64,000 bases of DNA from Lophium mytilinum (taxonomy: Eukaryota), in contig MU004200.1 in the NCBI GenBank assembly GCA_010093605.1, positions 682,001 to 746,000 of the forward strand, read 5' to 3'. A program made the translations under genes and the position numbers. Numbering within the stretch: the stretch's first letter is position 1; each line of letters starts with the position of its first letter. The notes beneath the pieces are model-generated. The model ran no database searches, had not been told where the DNA came from, and saw nothing but the letters and a program-made list of their open reading frames with translations. Positions 37,663 through 50,650 of the stretch are shown one piece after another.

Positions 37663-39402
37663 ATGACGCCTCGCCAATCCGGTCCCGAAGCATGCCACAA
37701 CTGCCGGCGCCGGCGCTTGAAATGCGACCGATCTCTCCCGCAGTGTCTGAAATGTATTAAGAGAGGTCAAGAATGCCTGGGCTATCAGCGCCTGTTTCGC
37801 TGGGATCAGGGCGTTGCAAGTCGTGGGAAAATGGCTGGTATGACGTTCGATGAGATGGCGAAGGATCGAGCGAGACACAAAAACTCAAATCCGCAAGCAC
37901 TCTGCCCTACCAGCCTTTCGGATGAACAGTTTGCACGTGAGAATATTGAAGTCTCGCCGCTTAGGTTCTTGGCGGATCCTCTAATTCAAGACGTAAATCA
38001 TGCTTCGAGGAAGTATCTTTTTTACTGTGAGCTACCTTCGCTCTCTCACCCAGTCTGTATCTCTAAACTACGTTCGTCTTGTAGTTGCTAGTGATGTCTG
38101 CAGAGACCTCGTTCTCTACGACATTCCCGAAAACAACCCTTTCCGCGAGCTCATTCCCTTAACGCACAAGCATCCAGTCCTCCTTCAAATCATCATCGCC
38201 AACTCTGCACTACATATGTCAAATGCATGCCAGAAATCCTCGGCCTCAGACACCGCGGCTTTTCCCCTTGGCCCTCGCACGAGCCTGTTGGGCTCTCCAT
38301 GCTCGAGTTCGTCTGTAATACGACAAACGACATCTTACAATGATGCACTTGCAGCTAAGCAGCAGGCTCTTAGGTTACTGGCATCCGCTCTCACCAGCAT
38401 AGCTTCAGTGGACACCGATGTAATCCTGGCCGTGGTGCTCCTTTTCATCGAATGTGAGCTTATTGACTCAGGGCGAGATAACTGGAGATATCACACCAAT
38501 GGAGCAAAAACGATCATCGAGAGAGTGTGTGGACCAAATGTATCGACGCAGACCGCCATGAGCCCGTTGCGTAGCTGCCTGATCTCAAATTGTTTGGTGT
38601 ATGTGGCCTCTTCGAATCAAAACACATTTTCATCCACACTGACCTGATATATGCCAGGTTCGACATTCTTGGCTCAACGCTGGCAAGCTCGACTGGTCTC
38701 GTATCCAGTGATACGTTTTCAGCTGGCGCTATATCGCTGCTGCACGACGCAGAAGGCAACCACTGCTCTTCATTTCCCGTTATCCTCCTCCAGCTAATTC
38801 GCGATGGAGCTCAATTATCCCAATCCAATCACCCATCATCACCTCTATACCCTTCGACCGTCTCCAAACAGCAACAAGCTCTCCTCCTTCTCTACACTGC
38901 GCAATCCTTCAACCCGCTCACCTGGGCTACAAACATCCAAGCGCGCTCACCCGCCACCGACCTCTTGCACCGCACACACGTCGCTTCCGCACACCGCGCA
39001 GCCGTGTGCATCTATCTCTCTCGCGTCCTGCTCTCTCTTCACCCCACCATTCAACTCTCCTATGACGTTGAATCCCTAGTGGAAGATATCATAACTCACC
39101 TCTCATTCATCTGCCCCAGTGACCCCCTATTCACAGCAACAACGTGGCCGGCTTTCATTGCGGGAGCAGAAACGCATGATCACGCGAGGCAGGAGTTGGT
39201 AGCCACAAGATTTCAAGAGCTGTGGGAGGTTGAGCCGTGGGGACTCATAAGAGGAGCGCTGGGGGTGCTGGAAAGGATTTGGGCGGGGAGGAGGAGTGGG
39301 GTGGTGGTGGATGGAGACGGAAATCCAGTGAAGGGGGAGAAGAGACACGGGGACTGGATTGGGGAACTGAGAGGGAGGGGGGTGGATTGGCTTATCTTAT
39401 GA
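37663..39402 (+). CDS. Zn2Cys6 transcription factor with Fungal_trans_2-type domain (acr-2-like)
   Basis: CHNCRRRRLKCDRSLPQCLKCIKRGQEC binuclear cluster, WDQGVASRGK, NPFRELIP and WPAFIAGAE. Two introns. Confidence 0.9.
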
Positions 39403-39552
39403 TATACAGTGTAGTACGTTCACCGCGTCGGATTTTCATGTGTGATGCTGCGTTGGATCATAAACTCTGATTTTCTACTTAGCATCCCTCATGTATATGC
39501 TCGATACTCTATGATCATCTTCTACAGATCTGTAAACTGTCCAAAAAACCTC

Positions 39553-41277
39553 TCAAACCGGCACCACAACCCCATCTCCGCCAAACCCCCCTTCACACTG
39601 CTCCTCCTCCGCCTCCCGCATCAACTCCTCCTTCTCATCCGCCGTCAAATCACTCGTAGCCTTCGGCACCCTCGCCCAAGCCCCCAGCAGCACCAAACTC
39701 ACCGCCGCCGCCGCAACCCCAAACCAGAACGTATTCCTATAACTCCTCGCCAACCCCGCCTGCTCGACCGTCCCCGACTGCACAATATCCGTCAGCCCCA
39801 AGCAAAGCGCCACACCCAGCTGCAGCACTGAGTTGATCACGCCGCCCGCGAGCCCCTGCTGCGCAGCGGGAAACGTAGTGGTGACGAAGACGGTCGCGAG
39901 AATGGTGGAGAGGTCGATGCCGATGGTGCTGAGGACGGTAGCGGGGAAGACCCACGCCCAGTAACTCGCGCCTGCGAGCGGTATGAGGGCGAGGAGGAGC
40001 TGTGATCCTAGTGCGCCGAGGCCCGAGATTATGAGCAGGACCCGGCCGGGGACGAGGTGGAGGATGAAGCCCTCGAGGATGCTGGTGAGGAGGCCGGTGA
40101 CGCCGATGGGGACGTACCATGCGACGACTTGGATGGGGGTGGCGGACATGATGTTTTGGAAGAAGAGGGTGCCGTAGACGGAGAAGATGCCCCAGGTGCC
40201 GTACAGAAGGAGGAGGGCGAGGAGGAGAGGTGTCATGGAGGGAGTGGTGAAGATCCAGGCGGGGAGGAGGGGGTCTGGGGAGATGTACGTTTCTATGTAG
40301 ACGGCGGAGCAGAGGGAGAGTATGCCGAGAGTAAAGCATACGGGGATGTATGGTGTTTGCCACCCCGAGGGAGCGTGCGCGGACTGAGTGATGGCGAAGA
40401 TGGTGAGGGTGAGGCCGGAGATGATGGTGATGGCGCCGGGGTAGTCCATTTTAACGTTGCTTGGGGACGTCTTCTCCGATCGAGAGTATGGGATTGAAAG
40501 GATCGAGGTGGTCAGCGTGATAGCTGTAAGGATACCGCCCATCCAGAAATAAAAGCCCCAGCGTAAGAACTGCCCAACGATACCCGCGACGGCAATACCC
40601 CCGAAGAAACCAAAGACTCCTGAAGTGCCGTAGATCGCGAAAACGAGGTTCTTTCGCGGCCCGGGCCGATAGAGGGAGCCCATGAGCATGATTCCAGTAG
40701 GCAGGAAGGCAGCGGCTCCTAAGCCTTGAAGAGCTCGAGAGAAGTCTAGCATCAGTGGATTGATACTGAATCCTGCGATAATACTCCAGATAAGAAGCCA
40801 TGCGAGCCCTCCCATAAAGATGGGATAGCCTCCCCACATATCGCCGAGGCGGCCGAATACGAGTAAAGTGCTGGCGATAACGAGAGAGAATGCGGTAGCG
40901 GGCCACACGCTGGATGCCGGTGGAATATCAAGCTCTTTTATCAAAGTTGGTAGGATAACAGGAAAGCCTGAGACATAGAATTCGGTCAAGAACTGAGACA
41001 TGGATATGCTGAAAACAAAGGATATTTCGCTCCAGAGGGTGATGAAAGTGGGAGGATGTTCACGGCCGAGACGCTCGATTCGATCTTGTAATGACTCTTC
41101 GGTATGGGGTTCAAATGAATCCTTTCCCCTAGTACGTGGTAGGGGAGTACTAGCAGCCACATCATGGACATTTGAAGCTGAGGCGCTGAGGCTTCGGCCC
41201 CTTGGCGGAAGAGGAGATGGCCACGAGGTATTGCTCAAAGTCCAAGACGGTGTCGAGGGGGAGAGAGTACGTAGCAT
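39553..41277 (-). CDS. MFS drug/H+ antiporter (DHA2, 14-TM, ATR1-like)
   Basis: FGRLGDMWG motif A, RALQGLGAA, YRPGPRKN, QQGLAGG and many TM helices. Confidence 0.92.
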   Translation of the reverse strand: MLRTLSPSTPSWTLSNTSWPSPLPPRGRSLSASASNVHDVAASTPLPRTRGKDSFEPHTEESLQDRIERLGREHPPTFITLWSEISFVFSISMSQFLTEFYVSGFPVILPTLIKELDIPPASSVWPATAFSLVIASTLLVFGRLGDMWGGYPIFMGGLAWLLIWSIIAGFSINPLMLDFSRALQGLGAAAFLPTGIMLMGSLYRPGPRKNLVFAIYGTSGVFGFFGGIAVAGIVGQFLRWGFYFWMGGILTAITLTTSILSIPYSRSEKTSPSNVKMDYPGAITIISGLTLTIFAITQSAHAPSGWQTPYIPVCFTLGILSLCSAVYIETYISPDPLLPAWIFTTPSMTPLLLALLLLYGTWGIFSVYGTLFFQNIMSATPIQVVAWYVPIGVTGLLTSILEGFILHLVPGRVLLIISGLGALGSQLLLALIPLAGASYWAWVFPATVLSTIGIDLSTILATVFVTTTFPAAQQGLAGGVINSVLQLGVALCLGLTDIVQSGTVEQAGLARSYRNTFWFGVAAAAVSLVLLGAWARVPKATSDLTADEKEELMREAEEEQCEGGFGGDGVVVPV

Positions 41278-41697
41278 GTTGAGGCTGATCAATAGCCAAT
41301 GGCGGCACGTGAACAGTTGGTGGCAGGTTCAATCGAATACGGAACTCTTGAAGTAAGCAGAGGGTGGTAGGTATATGTAGCTAACAAAGAGCGCTTTGAA
41401 ATCAGAAATCATTTCTAGCTAACAAACCTAGTATAATGAGTTACGTAGCAGAACGTAACGGTACTTACGGAGGTAAGCTATGGAAGCTGACGAAAGGAAG
41501 TGACACTACTACTAATGGTTGATAGTGGAGATTCTAAATTCTGCTATACGGTAGAATGTATGGAGCGGGGCACAGTTACTCCGAATCTATGAGCTCTATT
41601 GAGTCTTGCGTGGACATTCGTCAGAGAGATAAGTGAGCAGCTATGCTTGATGGCAATCGCCCATGGCGGAAGATATTTCAAACCCATAAGTAGTGCC

Positions 41698-42034
41698 CAA
41701 GTCTAGTGTCTTGGCTGCCTTTCTAGGAGACGCGCCTAGTCTATCGGCTTTTTTGAGTCTTTTGCGGACTTTTACAGTTAGATAGGTCAGCATCATTACC
41801 GACTTTGGTGGCAAGCTTCTCGTGGAAGAATTAGGACCCCTGGTGTCAATTACTGCCGGCAAGTCTAGTGTCTTGGCTACCTATTTGAGAATAGCTCAGA
41901 TCGAGGGTTAGTACTCTGATTGGCTTGAATCTTGTCGGTGCCGCAAGGACATCAAACCTTATCTCAAGAACTTGAATGCCTCGTCATGCCTCCAGATTAC
42001 AAAGACACTTGAAGAAAGTTGCGTCTTGGCTGCC
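41698..42034. promoter_or_regulatory. Direct repeats containing GCCAAG (PacC-type) sites in the MFS/phosphatase divergent promoter
   Basis: CAAGTCTAGTGTCTTGGCT is identical at 41698-41716 and 41860-41878, with a partial GTCTTGGCTGCC at 42023-42034. CTTGGC is the reverse complement of GCCAAG. Confidence 0.5.
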
Positions 42035-42275
42035 CATTGTAGAAAAGGTAGTAACATCTCTCAATACTATCTCAAACTTACAATAGATTATTAAAGCCCA
42101 TTTCTCAACATCAACACTTTCCCCCATGCCGTCATATGACTCTTCACTTCCAAAGTAATTTATACCGCAATACTACACCCATCTTCTTCCCGTCAGACAG
42201 TCCCTTGTGCACATACTTTCCTTCCTTTACTACCTTCGACACTGTTTAGTTAGATTCAACGCGACCCAGTAAAAC

Positions 42276-43106
42276 ATGGCACCAGTCATCCACTGCATCC
42301 GCCACGGCCAAGGCTTCCACAACCTCGGCGCCGGCTTCTACTCCCTCCACGACCCCCACCTAACCCCCCTAGGCATATCACAATGCGAAACCCTCCAAGC
42401 CACCTCCTTCCCCGACCAGTCAAACATCTCGCTCATCACCGCCTCCCCCCTCAGCCGCGCCCTCCACACCGCCTTCCTAACATTCAGCCCGGCTCTCACA
42501 TCCGGCCGTAAATGCCCCCCTCAAATCCTCGCCCTCCCGGATGCGCAAGAAACCTCAGACGACCCGTGCGACATCGGCTCGGACCCATCCGTACTCCGCG
42601 GCATCGTAGCCGAGAATAACTGGCCTGTGGACCTCTCCCTCGTCAAAGATGGCTGGAACGTCAAGACCTTGGAGAATCGATATAGCCCGCATAGCAGCGC
42701 CATCGCGGCGCGCGCCCGTGACGCTCGCGTCCTTCTGCGCCAGAAAATCCGCGAGCTGGTTAGAAAGGGTGATACAGACGCCGAAGTCGTGCTGGTTACG
42801 CACGGGGGCTACTTACACTTCTTCACTGATGATTGGGAGGACTCGTATCAGTATCCCGGTACTGGGTGGCATAACTGCGAGACCAGGTCCTACAGTTTCG
42901 AAGAGGATGTAATGGCAGACGCAGATGGGGAGGCGAGGCTGACTGAGACGACGGAGAGTCGGCGGAAGCGAGGGAAGACGTATCCTATGTATAGCAGGGA
43001 GAAGCAGCCTGAGTTGTTTGAGTTGGGGATGCAGCGATGGGAAAGTCAGGGACTGCAACGACCTGATAAGTTACGAAAGGTGCCGGATATGAGTGTTATT
43101 ATATAG
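42276..43106 (+). CDS. Histidine phosphatase / phosphoglycerate-mutase-like protein
   Basis: IRHGQGFHN, DPHLTPLG, ASPLSRALHT, QE...CD.GS and VTHGG. Confidence 0.92.
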   Translation: MAPVIHCIRHGQGFHNLGAGFYSLHDPHLTPLGISQCETLQATSFPDQSNISLITASPLSRALHTAFLTFSPALTSGRKCPPQILALPDAQETSDDPCDIGSDPSVLRGIVAENNWPVDLSLVKDGWNVKTLENRYSPHSSAIAARARDARVLLRQKIRELVRKGDTDAEVVLVTHGGYLHFFTDDWEDSYQYPGTGWHNCETRSYSFEEDVMADADGEARLTETTESRRKRGKTYPMYSREKQPELFELGMQRWESQGLQRPDKLRKVPDMSVII

Positions 43107-43139
43107 AAAAGACAACCTAGGAATGCTGCGATATTCTTC

Positions 43140-43500
43140 TAGATGTATTACGCGGTTAGATCTGTGAATTCAAGTACTGTTTTTCCATAAACTCTTTCCT
43201 CTGCGTCCACCTCTACTCCCCATCTACGTCTATCCAAAACCCGTGAATCTTGCACCGTTTCTTGCCTAAGTAAGCCCTCGGTAGGCCCCTCCTATATATC
43301 CTCTCGGATATCCTGCGCAGCCAATCTAAAATCTAATTGCGCGGTTAGATTAGGAAGTATTAGCATAATTTTCCTCATAAAGTGTCACCCTTCCTAGGCC
43401 CCGTGCGTGTGCCCTCCGCGTCTGTCAAAACCCAACTTAGGCGGTTAGATCTGTGATTGTTTGTAGTATTCTTACCGAAAGAGGGGCCCCTACGACTTCA
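43140..43500 (-). repeat. Degenerate tandem-unit repeat array A (3-4 units, inverted relative to B and C)
   Basis: GCGGTTAGAT at 43152, 43341 and 43441. The reverse complement aligns collinearly with 51980-52370. Confidence 0.85.
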
Positions 43501-43756
43501 CTAAGATCCCGTCGCTTCCAAGCCCGGTGTAGAAAGGTATTGAGTTGAACTTCCCTGCATTCTCACTAACCTATATACACTCCCCCCCCCTTTCCCCCCC
43601 CCATCCCAACCCAACCCGATAACAAAAGAAAAGCCTTCTCGGCGTATCCCAAACCCCACCGTACCCGACCGAGCCCCGACCCACCTCCCAAAAACACCAA
43701 AAACAAGAGAAAGGATGGTATCAAGTAATCAACTGTGCAAAAAGCGGGTGGAATCT

Positions 43757-46527
43757 TCAGCGATCCCGATCCACACCGCCCCTCCCCGCTCTCCTAGTCA
43801 ACCCGACCCCCGCACCCCTAAGAGCTTCGAAGCCTCTCCATATCGTAGTGCGGATGCTGCTGCCGCCACTGTCGGCGCCCTCGCTAACGTGGCCGCGGTC
43901 TTGGTCATCGTCGTCCTCAGCCCAGCCCGCGGCTTCGACGTCGGACTCCGGGAAGTCTTCGTACGCGGCGCGCGAGTGGAATTCCGTGCCCGGGACAGGA
44001 ACGGGTAAGGAAGCGGAGGGGGATTCGTTGCGCGTGTGTGCGGCTTGGGCTTGGATATCTGTTTCGGAGGCGTCGTCGCGGAAAAGGGAGAGGTGAGATG
44101 GGGAGCGGGAGAGAGACGGGGAGGGTGAGGGAGAGGCGTGGCGCGCGTGGTGGGAGGCGCTGAGGGAGCGGACGACATCGCCCTTGCAGATGGGGCAAGT
44201 CCGGCGGCGGGTCACGAGCCACGGTGTTCTGGCACGTTAGAAAGAGTTTGGGAGAGGTTAGGGGCGAGTGAGACTTACATGCACTCGGCGTGGAACTCAT
44301 GACCGCACGGGAGGCTCATGACACGGCTTACACCGTCGACGTACTCTTCGAGACAGACCACGCATTCCTTCTGGCGACCACCGTAGCGGCGTCGCCATTC
44401 TGCGAGGCCGGCTTCTCGCTTTTCTTCTTCTGGGGAGGTTGGACGCAAGTTTGGTTGGTGAAATGAGGATGACCCTGCGGGAACTTCGGAGGTGGTTCGG
44501 GAGCGGGGTCGAGGGCGAGAAGTTGTTGTTCGAGAGTGTGAATGTTGAAGAAGGGGAGTCGTCGGTGATGATGATGCTGGTGTTGTTGTGGGAGAAGAAC
44601 CGGAGTTGGCATCACTTGATATCGTGTGATATGTGCGAACGGGTAGTCTCTCTACGACGGACTTTGGTGCTCGCCAGCGTCGGCGGCGGATACGGGACCG
44701 TAGAAGAAGAAGCGCGTAGACTACTGTAAGAGTAACGAGCGGGCTTACAACAAGAACTAATAGGGTATCGAAGAAGGGGCTCGAAGACATATTCGTGGGT
44801 GTCAGAGTTACCCACAGCCCTTCGTGAGGTTCGGAATCGTCTGTGTTATCGTTTTCGTCCTTTGCGCGGGCATTTGACTCTGCCGCCTTCGTGTGCAATG
44901 GCAAGTGGTACTCATTGGTCCTCTTTGAAGGCACTGGCCGCGAGCTGTCATCATCGCCACCGTCACCGAGGAAGCTGCTGAGCCAACCTGGATCATCTTC
45001 GTCCCGATTACTGTCGTCGGGATGAGATTTGCTTTCCTTCTCATATTCTCCGCTACCAGGCATAACGTTGCCGCCGGCCAGTGGCTCCGATTCCTGCTTC
45101 GGTTTCTTCGCATCGGGACGGTGATTGACAGCTGTTGTCTGCGGGAGTAGGTCAGGATCGCGCCAGTCTTGGACACCAATGACAAAGTCATCAGCAGCCT
45201 TGGTCACAGTGGGCTTCTGGAGCAAGGGCTTCGCTACGCGTGAGGGCTTGGTTGCTTTCTTGGTTGGAACATCATCAGTCCAATCTTCCACCTGAACCCA
45301 GTTCAGACTTCCGCTGGTTGGTGGTCTTCTGCTGTCTCCCGAAGATGATTCACGTCCGCCGCTGCCAAGTCCGAGAGCTGCAAGAAGCGAGCGGAACCAG
45401 CCGACTTGCTCCTCCATTTCCTCGACATCCTTGGAGAGCGGTGTTGCATGTGAGTCCTTGCTCTGCTTCTTAGCCTTTGAGGTGTGCACTGCGTTTTCGG
45501 CGATGCGCGTAAATGTCGGGCGGTCGCCCTTTCCTTTCTTGCCTGGTGACCCATCGTTCTTCTTCGGCGCTTTAGTTGTTCCAGTAATACCTAGTTTTGC
45601 AGCGTCTTCCGGAGACAGGTCCTCCATCAAACCGCCGGAGGGTATAAGGGACGAAAGTAGGTGGGCAGTGGTATGCGAGGTAAACAAGGCAGGGATTGTG
45701 ATGTTTGAAGTGTCTCCGTGGGCGTACATCCGGATCAAGGCACCTCCTCGGACATCATCGCCTACAATGAGGGCCACACCTCCTCGCCTTTGAGCCCACT
45801 TGACTTTCTCCAAGAAGCCGCAACCGCCACGGCTCAGCAGGACGATCTTGCCTGTTATTTCAGCTCCTTCTTGTAATGACTGAATATCTGCATGCTCAGA
45901 GGCTTTGACGTTCTCAACTGATCCATGTTCCTTGGGCATTTCCGAGTTCGGGAGCGGATGATGGAGGTGGTCGTCCGTGCCGTCATTGTCGTCTGACTTG
46001 CCTTCATCTGGTACCTCTAGCTCTTTGTCTCGTTTTAGCTGGTCGGCTTTGGAGCTGGATGGACTGTCGTTCGCAATCGCTGTGCCGAGAGATTTCCGCT
46101 TGGGATCCAAACGCGAGTCAGAGCTGGCTGAGTTCTGATCGCCATCGCTCCAGCCTGGCACATCGCTGCAGCCAAGTTCGCCTTCGGCTCCAGCGGCCAT
46201 GCCACCGCGGCCCATTGTATCATCTCCAAATCCACTTCCAATCCAGAGCTGGCCACTCAGGCCTTTGGAGGGCAGCAGTGGTCCAAAGGCGGCAGGTCGG
46301 GCGAGGAAGAAGGTAGAGTTGTCATCGGTGAGGCTGATGATTGCGGAGGGTGGGAAGAGCGATGAGGGCGAGGTGAAAGAGAAGAGAGCTCGTAGCTTGC
46401 TCTTCTTGACGGTCGGCTGGACATTTGGAGATTGGTCGGCGGACTGGGCGCCGAAGCTGATGTATAATAGTATAGTTATGGCTATGACGCTGGACGCGAG
46501 AGAAAGCAGGAGGCGGAGAGGCCGCAT
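43757..46527 (-). CDS. PA-domain / TM / RING-H2 E3 ubiquitin ligase
   Basis: Signal anchor, PA domain (RGGCGFLEKV...ALIVGD), TM segment, and RING-H2 CVVC...LPCGHEFHAECI|TPWL...CPIC. One intron at 44278-44229. Confidence 0.92.
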
Positions 46528-48018
46528 GGTGGAAATGTGGTCTGAGCCAGAGACGGCCGCAGCGGGCAAAGGAGCTCAAAGGCAGTAGAATGCCGGAAAT
46601 CTATGATGCTGTGCACATTCGGGAGAGGCGCGCTGGGAGAGCTGGTGGAGCTGGAGCCGGAGGTGGCGGAGAAGGATACAAGGCAGGAGGGGCTCACAGA
46701 GCGGCGAGTCGGGCGTGGGTGGAGGTGGAGGCACGAGGGAGCAATTTCGAAGGTAGGCGCAGAAAGGAGAGGTGGTGTCAAAGAAAGAAAGGCAGTCTCT
46801 TGAAGATATGGCGGTTGTGAGAGGTGTAAGAGGGGTGCAGCTCGAGGAGATGGGTGTTCGTCACGCTCCCAACCATGGAACGCCCGTGGCGCGACTGGCC
46901 TGTGCATCACGTGTGAATTGCTGCGCCACTGCGATATCCACCTGAGATCCTTCTTTCATCCCATCAACACCCGAAATATATTTACTCGTATCAGTAACCA
47001 CTACCTGATTCAATAAAAGACCAGAGACGGCTGTCCGTAGTTGTTGAGCACCCGAAGCCATTAAATGATAGTATACGTCCGCACATTCCTGGTGAACCAA
47101 GTCTCCTTGCACTGGACGAGGCTGGACGGAGAGTCTCAGCTTTTGAAAGAAAGCATCAATACTGATTCCACAATGCGTCACAGCAGTACTATCGATGGCA
47201 TTCGCTTGACTGCTCCCGTCGCCTGATGGTGTGGTCGTGTGCGCTTGTCAACGACTGTTTCAGCCTCGAATCCATGTCTCAGCCGGATGCAGCACTCCAG
47301 CGTCGTCTGACGCCATCAACATCACTCATAGTTCTTTCCTACTCGCAACACGAAGCTATATGGCTTGAAGGAAGTAGCAAGATACCCCGCGATGCAGAGC
47401 GCTCTCCCGCTACAAGGGTAGCCACTGGCATGGCCGTCCCCTAGGGAACATGGTGTTTTAGTGTCCGCGGACTGAGGGCTAGTGGTAGCCTGCTCTAGAT
47501 TCAGCATCAACGACGTCAGTTAGCAGTATGAGGCCCTCCCCAGCAATTGCTTCGACCCGGCCCCTGTCACTATCAGCTCAAGCACTGCCGCGTGTCAATT
47601 GTGCTAATCCTGATCAACTCTGCCAAATTCCATCTGTGTCCCATTGCAGCCCTCGCGACTCAACCACGCTGTCGCCAGGAACCACTTCCGTCATGCATGG
47701 ACTCTCCCGCCGCCGTCGTGCTTTCCGCGCGACGCCTTCCACGGCCGGGGCCATGAATGCGTCTAGCCATCCCGTGTCTCCTTCTGTTCCCTCGTGCTTG
47801 TTTCCTTCGTCCAAACAACAACCTCTGAACCCTCTTCCTATCCTTCCAGAACACTACCGCAAACGTCTACCCTAAGCTAGTCCTTTTCCTGTCTGTATCT
47901 CCCTAGGCTACTCCTCATTTGCTGTGTTTTTCCTTTACAACTTTCGTTTCCTCCCCCGTTCCTGGACAAATCCTCACCTCCCGTCCCTACTTGTACCTCT
48001 GCTCCCCTCGACTTCACG

Positions 48019-49572
48019 ATGAACATCAACGCACCAACGGGGACCTTTATGGTGCTGCCCGGCATGCGAGCTCTGACCACCGACCCCAATCATCAAGGGG
48101 AGCGCCGTCTTCGTGGCCTCGAGTGGATGCCAAATCGAGTCCGCAATCTGATGATAGCAATGATTGGAGAGTTCGTGGGCACATTCTTGTTCCTCTTCTT
48201 TGCTTTCGCCGGAACTCAAATCGCCAATGCCGCCCCTGCCACTCCTGGTGGTAAGCCCAACACCTCGGTGCTACTCTACATCAGTCTATCCTTTGGCTTC
48301 TCGCTACTCGTCAACGCATGGATCTTCTTTCGGATTAGCGGCGGCCTCTTCAACCCTGCAGTCAGTACCTGTCGAAACTTTTCATCTTCATCGCTAAATC
48401 AATGCAGGTTACTTTGGGAATGTGCTTGATTGGCGCTGTGGGATGGATCAGGGGAGCTTTCGCCCTCATCTCCCAGCTTGCTGGCGCCATGGCTGCGGCG
48501 GGTGTCGTATCTGCACTTTTTCCCGGTCCTCTTGCCGTCAGGACCACCCTCACCGCAGGAACCTCCGTTGTGCGAGGCCTTTTCATCGAAATGTTCCTTA
48601 CTGCCGAATTGGTCTTTTGCATCTTCATGCTAGCAGCAGAGAAGCACAAGGCAACTTTCTTAGCACCGATCGGCATCGGAATCTCCTTGTTTATCGCGGA
48701 GCTAGCCGGTATGTGCCCCAATTCTTACTTGATGCAATCTTGAGCACCCTGACAAGATCGTAGGTGTTTACTATACGGGCGGCTCCCTCAATCCCGCCCG
48801 ATCATTCGGTCCAGATGTAGTGCTTCGCCATTTCGACGGCTACCACTGGATATACTGGGTTGGTCCCTTCCTCGGCGCCATTATCGCCGTCATCTTCTAC
48901 CGCCTCGTCAAGATCCTCGAGTACGAAACCGCAAACCCAGGCCAGGACTTCAACGAGCATGAAGCCGCCGAATTCGACCCAGATGACGAACCCGCCGACG
49001 CCGAAGAGGTCCAACGCCCCGTCCCAATGAAGAAGAACTACAGTGAGTCCAAGAACAGAGGCTCAGGAGAATCCAAGCAAAGAGGCTCGTCCGAGAAACC
49101 AAGACGCCAGCGATCCCCCCACACCTCCCACAACTCCCAATCCCGCAACTCCCAAAACTACACTCACGGTCAAGACTTTGGCTTACGCACAGGCTCCCAA
49201 GGCCGCGGCCGCGACGGCACCGACGAAGCCAGCATCCCGCCGTCCCACAACCGCCGCCGTCTCAACAACACCAGCACCTCCCAATCCCACTCATCCCAGG
49301 GCGGTATGAAGCCCGAAATGGTCACCATCCCCCGCCGCTCCGGCGCCCACCCCGCACGCAGCCTCGAGGAGCGCAACGCCGACGCCTACGCTGCCGCCGC
49401 CCGCGCCGTCTACCCGCCTGCCCACGCGCCCCATGGTGGCGACGCGAACTACTCCGAGCGCGACCGCGACTCCGCGCGCTACCAGTCGCGTACGCAGTCG
49501 CGCCCGTACGCGCATGGCCCGGATGCGGAGAGCGGCAGCGCGGGGTACTCGGACGACACGACGCCGTCCTGA
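48019..49572 (+). CDS. Aquaporin (MIP family)
   Basis: GEFVGTFLF, ISGGLFNPA|VT, GGSLNPARSFGP and HWIYWVGP. Two introns and a long hydrophilic tail. Confidence 0.95.
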
Positions 49573-50039
49573 CGGTCCCGCGAGCCAGAGGAGGACGATG
49601 GTTGTGAGGGGGGCGCCTTGTACCATCTCTGCGTCTGGCTGCCGCATTGTTTGATTCGGTCGTGGTTTTGTCCGTGAGTGGGGATGGGTGCGTGGGTTTG
49701 CGCGTGTTTGCTTTTGGGTGGTGGTTCTGTCTTTAGAATCGAGCGGGGTGTTGTTGGGTATTCGGGTTAGATTGGGCTGGAAGTATACGCAGTGGTAATG
49801 GTTATGCGGGATTACAAAAAGTTGGGGTGTAAGAAGTATATATGTAGTCGGGACTTCGGGAGGTGGTAATGAGTTAATCGGGTACCCTTACACGGCTTCA
49901 TGCTTTATACGTTTCATACTTTATATGTCTCTTGGTTCTTGTGAGATTAAGGGACATATAGACGAGAGCAGTCCGGGGATTGCTCATTGCACGCTAAATT
50001 CTACAGAATTTGATGGGTCGTGCTTGATTTCAGATCGGC

Positions 50040-50240
50040 GTGGAGCGGGGACGTAGAGGTGGACGAAGAGGGGAGGGTTTGTGGAAAAACAGTATTTGAA
50101 CCTACGGATCTGACTGCGTAATTTCTTTTTGGAGCGTGTTGTAGTAGGAGACACGGATAAGCCTACGAGGTAAACGCTTAGGGCACGCTTTGAGAAATTT
50201 GGAATCAATAATTACAGATCTAACCGCATAATATACTTTT
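50040..50240 (+). repeat. Degenerate tandem-unit repeat array B (2 units)
   Basis: GATCTGACTGCG at 50107 and GATCTAACCGCA at 50217. The flank GTAGAGGTGGACG...GGAAAAACAGTA matches the reverse complement of 43150-43220. Confidence 0.8.
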
Positions 50241-50650
50241 TGTTGGGCATGGAGGGGTGGGGAATGGTTAGACTTGGAGAGGCACGAGAGGGACAGCTCT
50301 GGCAAGCCTGATAGCTCTTTGGGCCACCTCAGACAGTGTTGAACTGCTGTAGTGTGCCACTTTTTTCATGCCTAGCAAGACTAGCAGGCAAGGCGCGATG
50401 CATCAGCCCACCTTCTCTCAGCGACGTGCCACGCTTGGAGCCCATCCCAGCCTTGGCTAACGCAGACGCATCATTACACACTCCACCGACACGATGAAAG
50501 ACGTAGCGAAGGATAAGTCATGTTCGCAAAGCATGGTTCATCTGTCAACTTTCAACAGCATGATTCTTAATGATCGAGACAATAGGTAATATATCTCCAC
50601 CAACATGCTTTCCTTGCGATCCAAACCATATCCTGTTGACGCAGTGCTCA

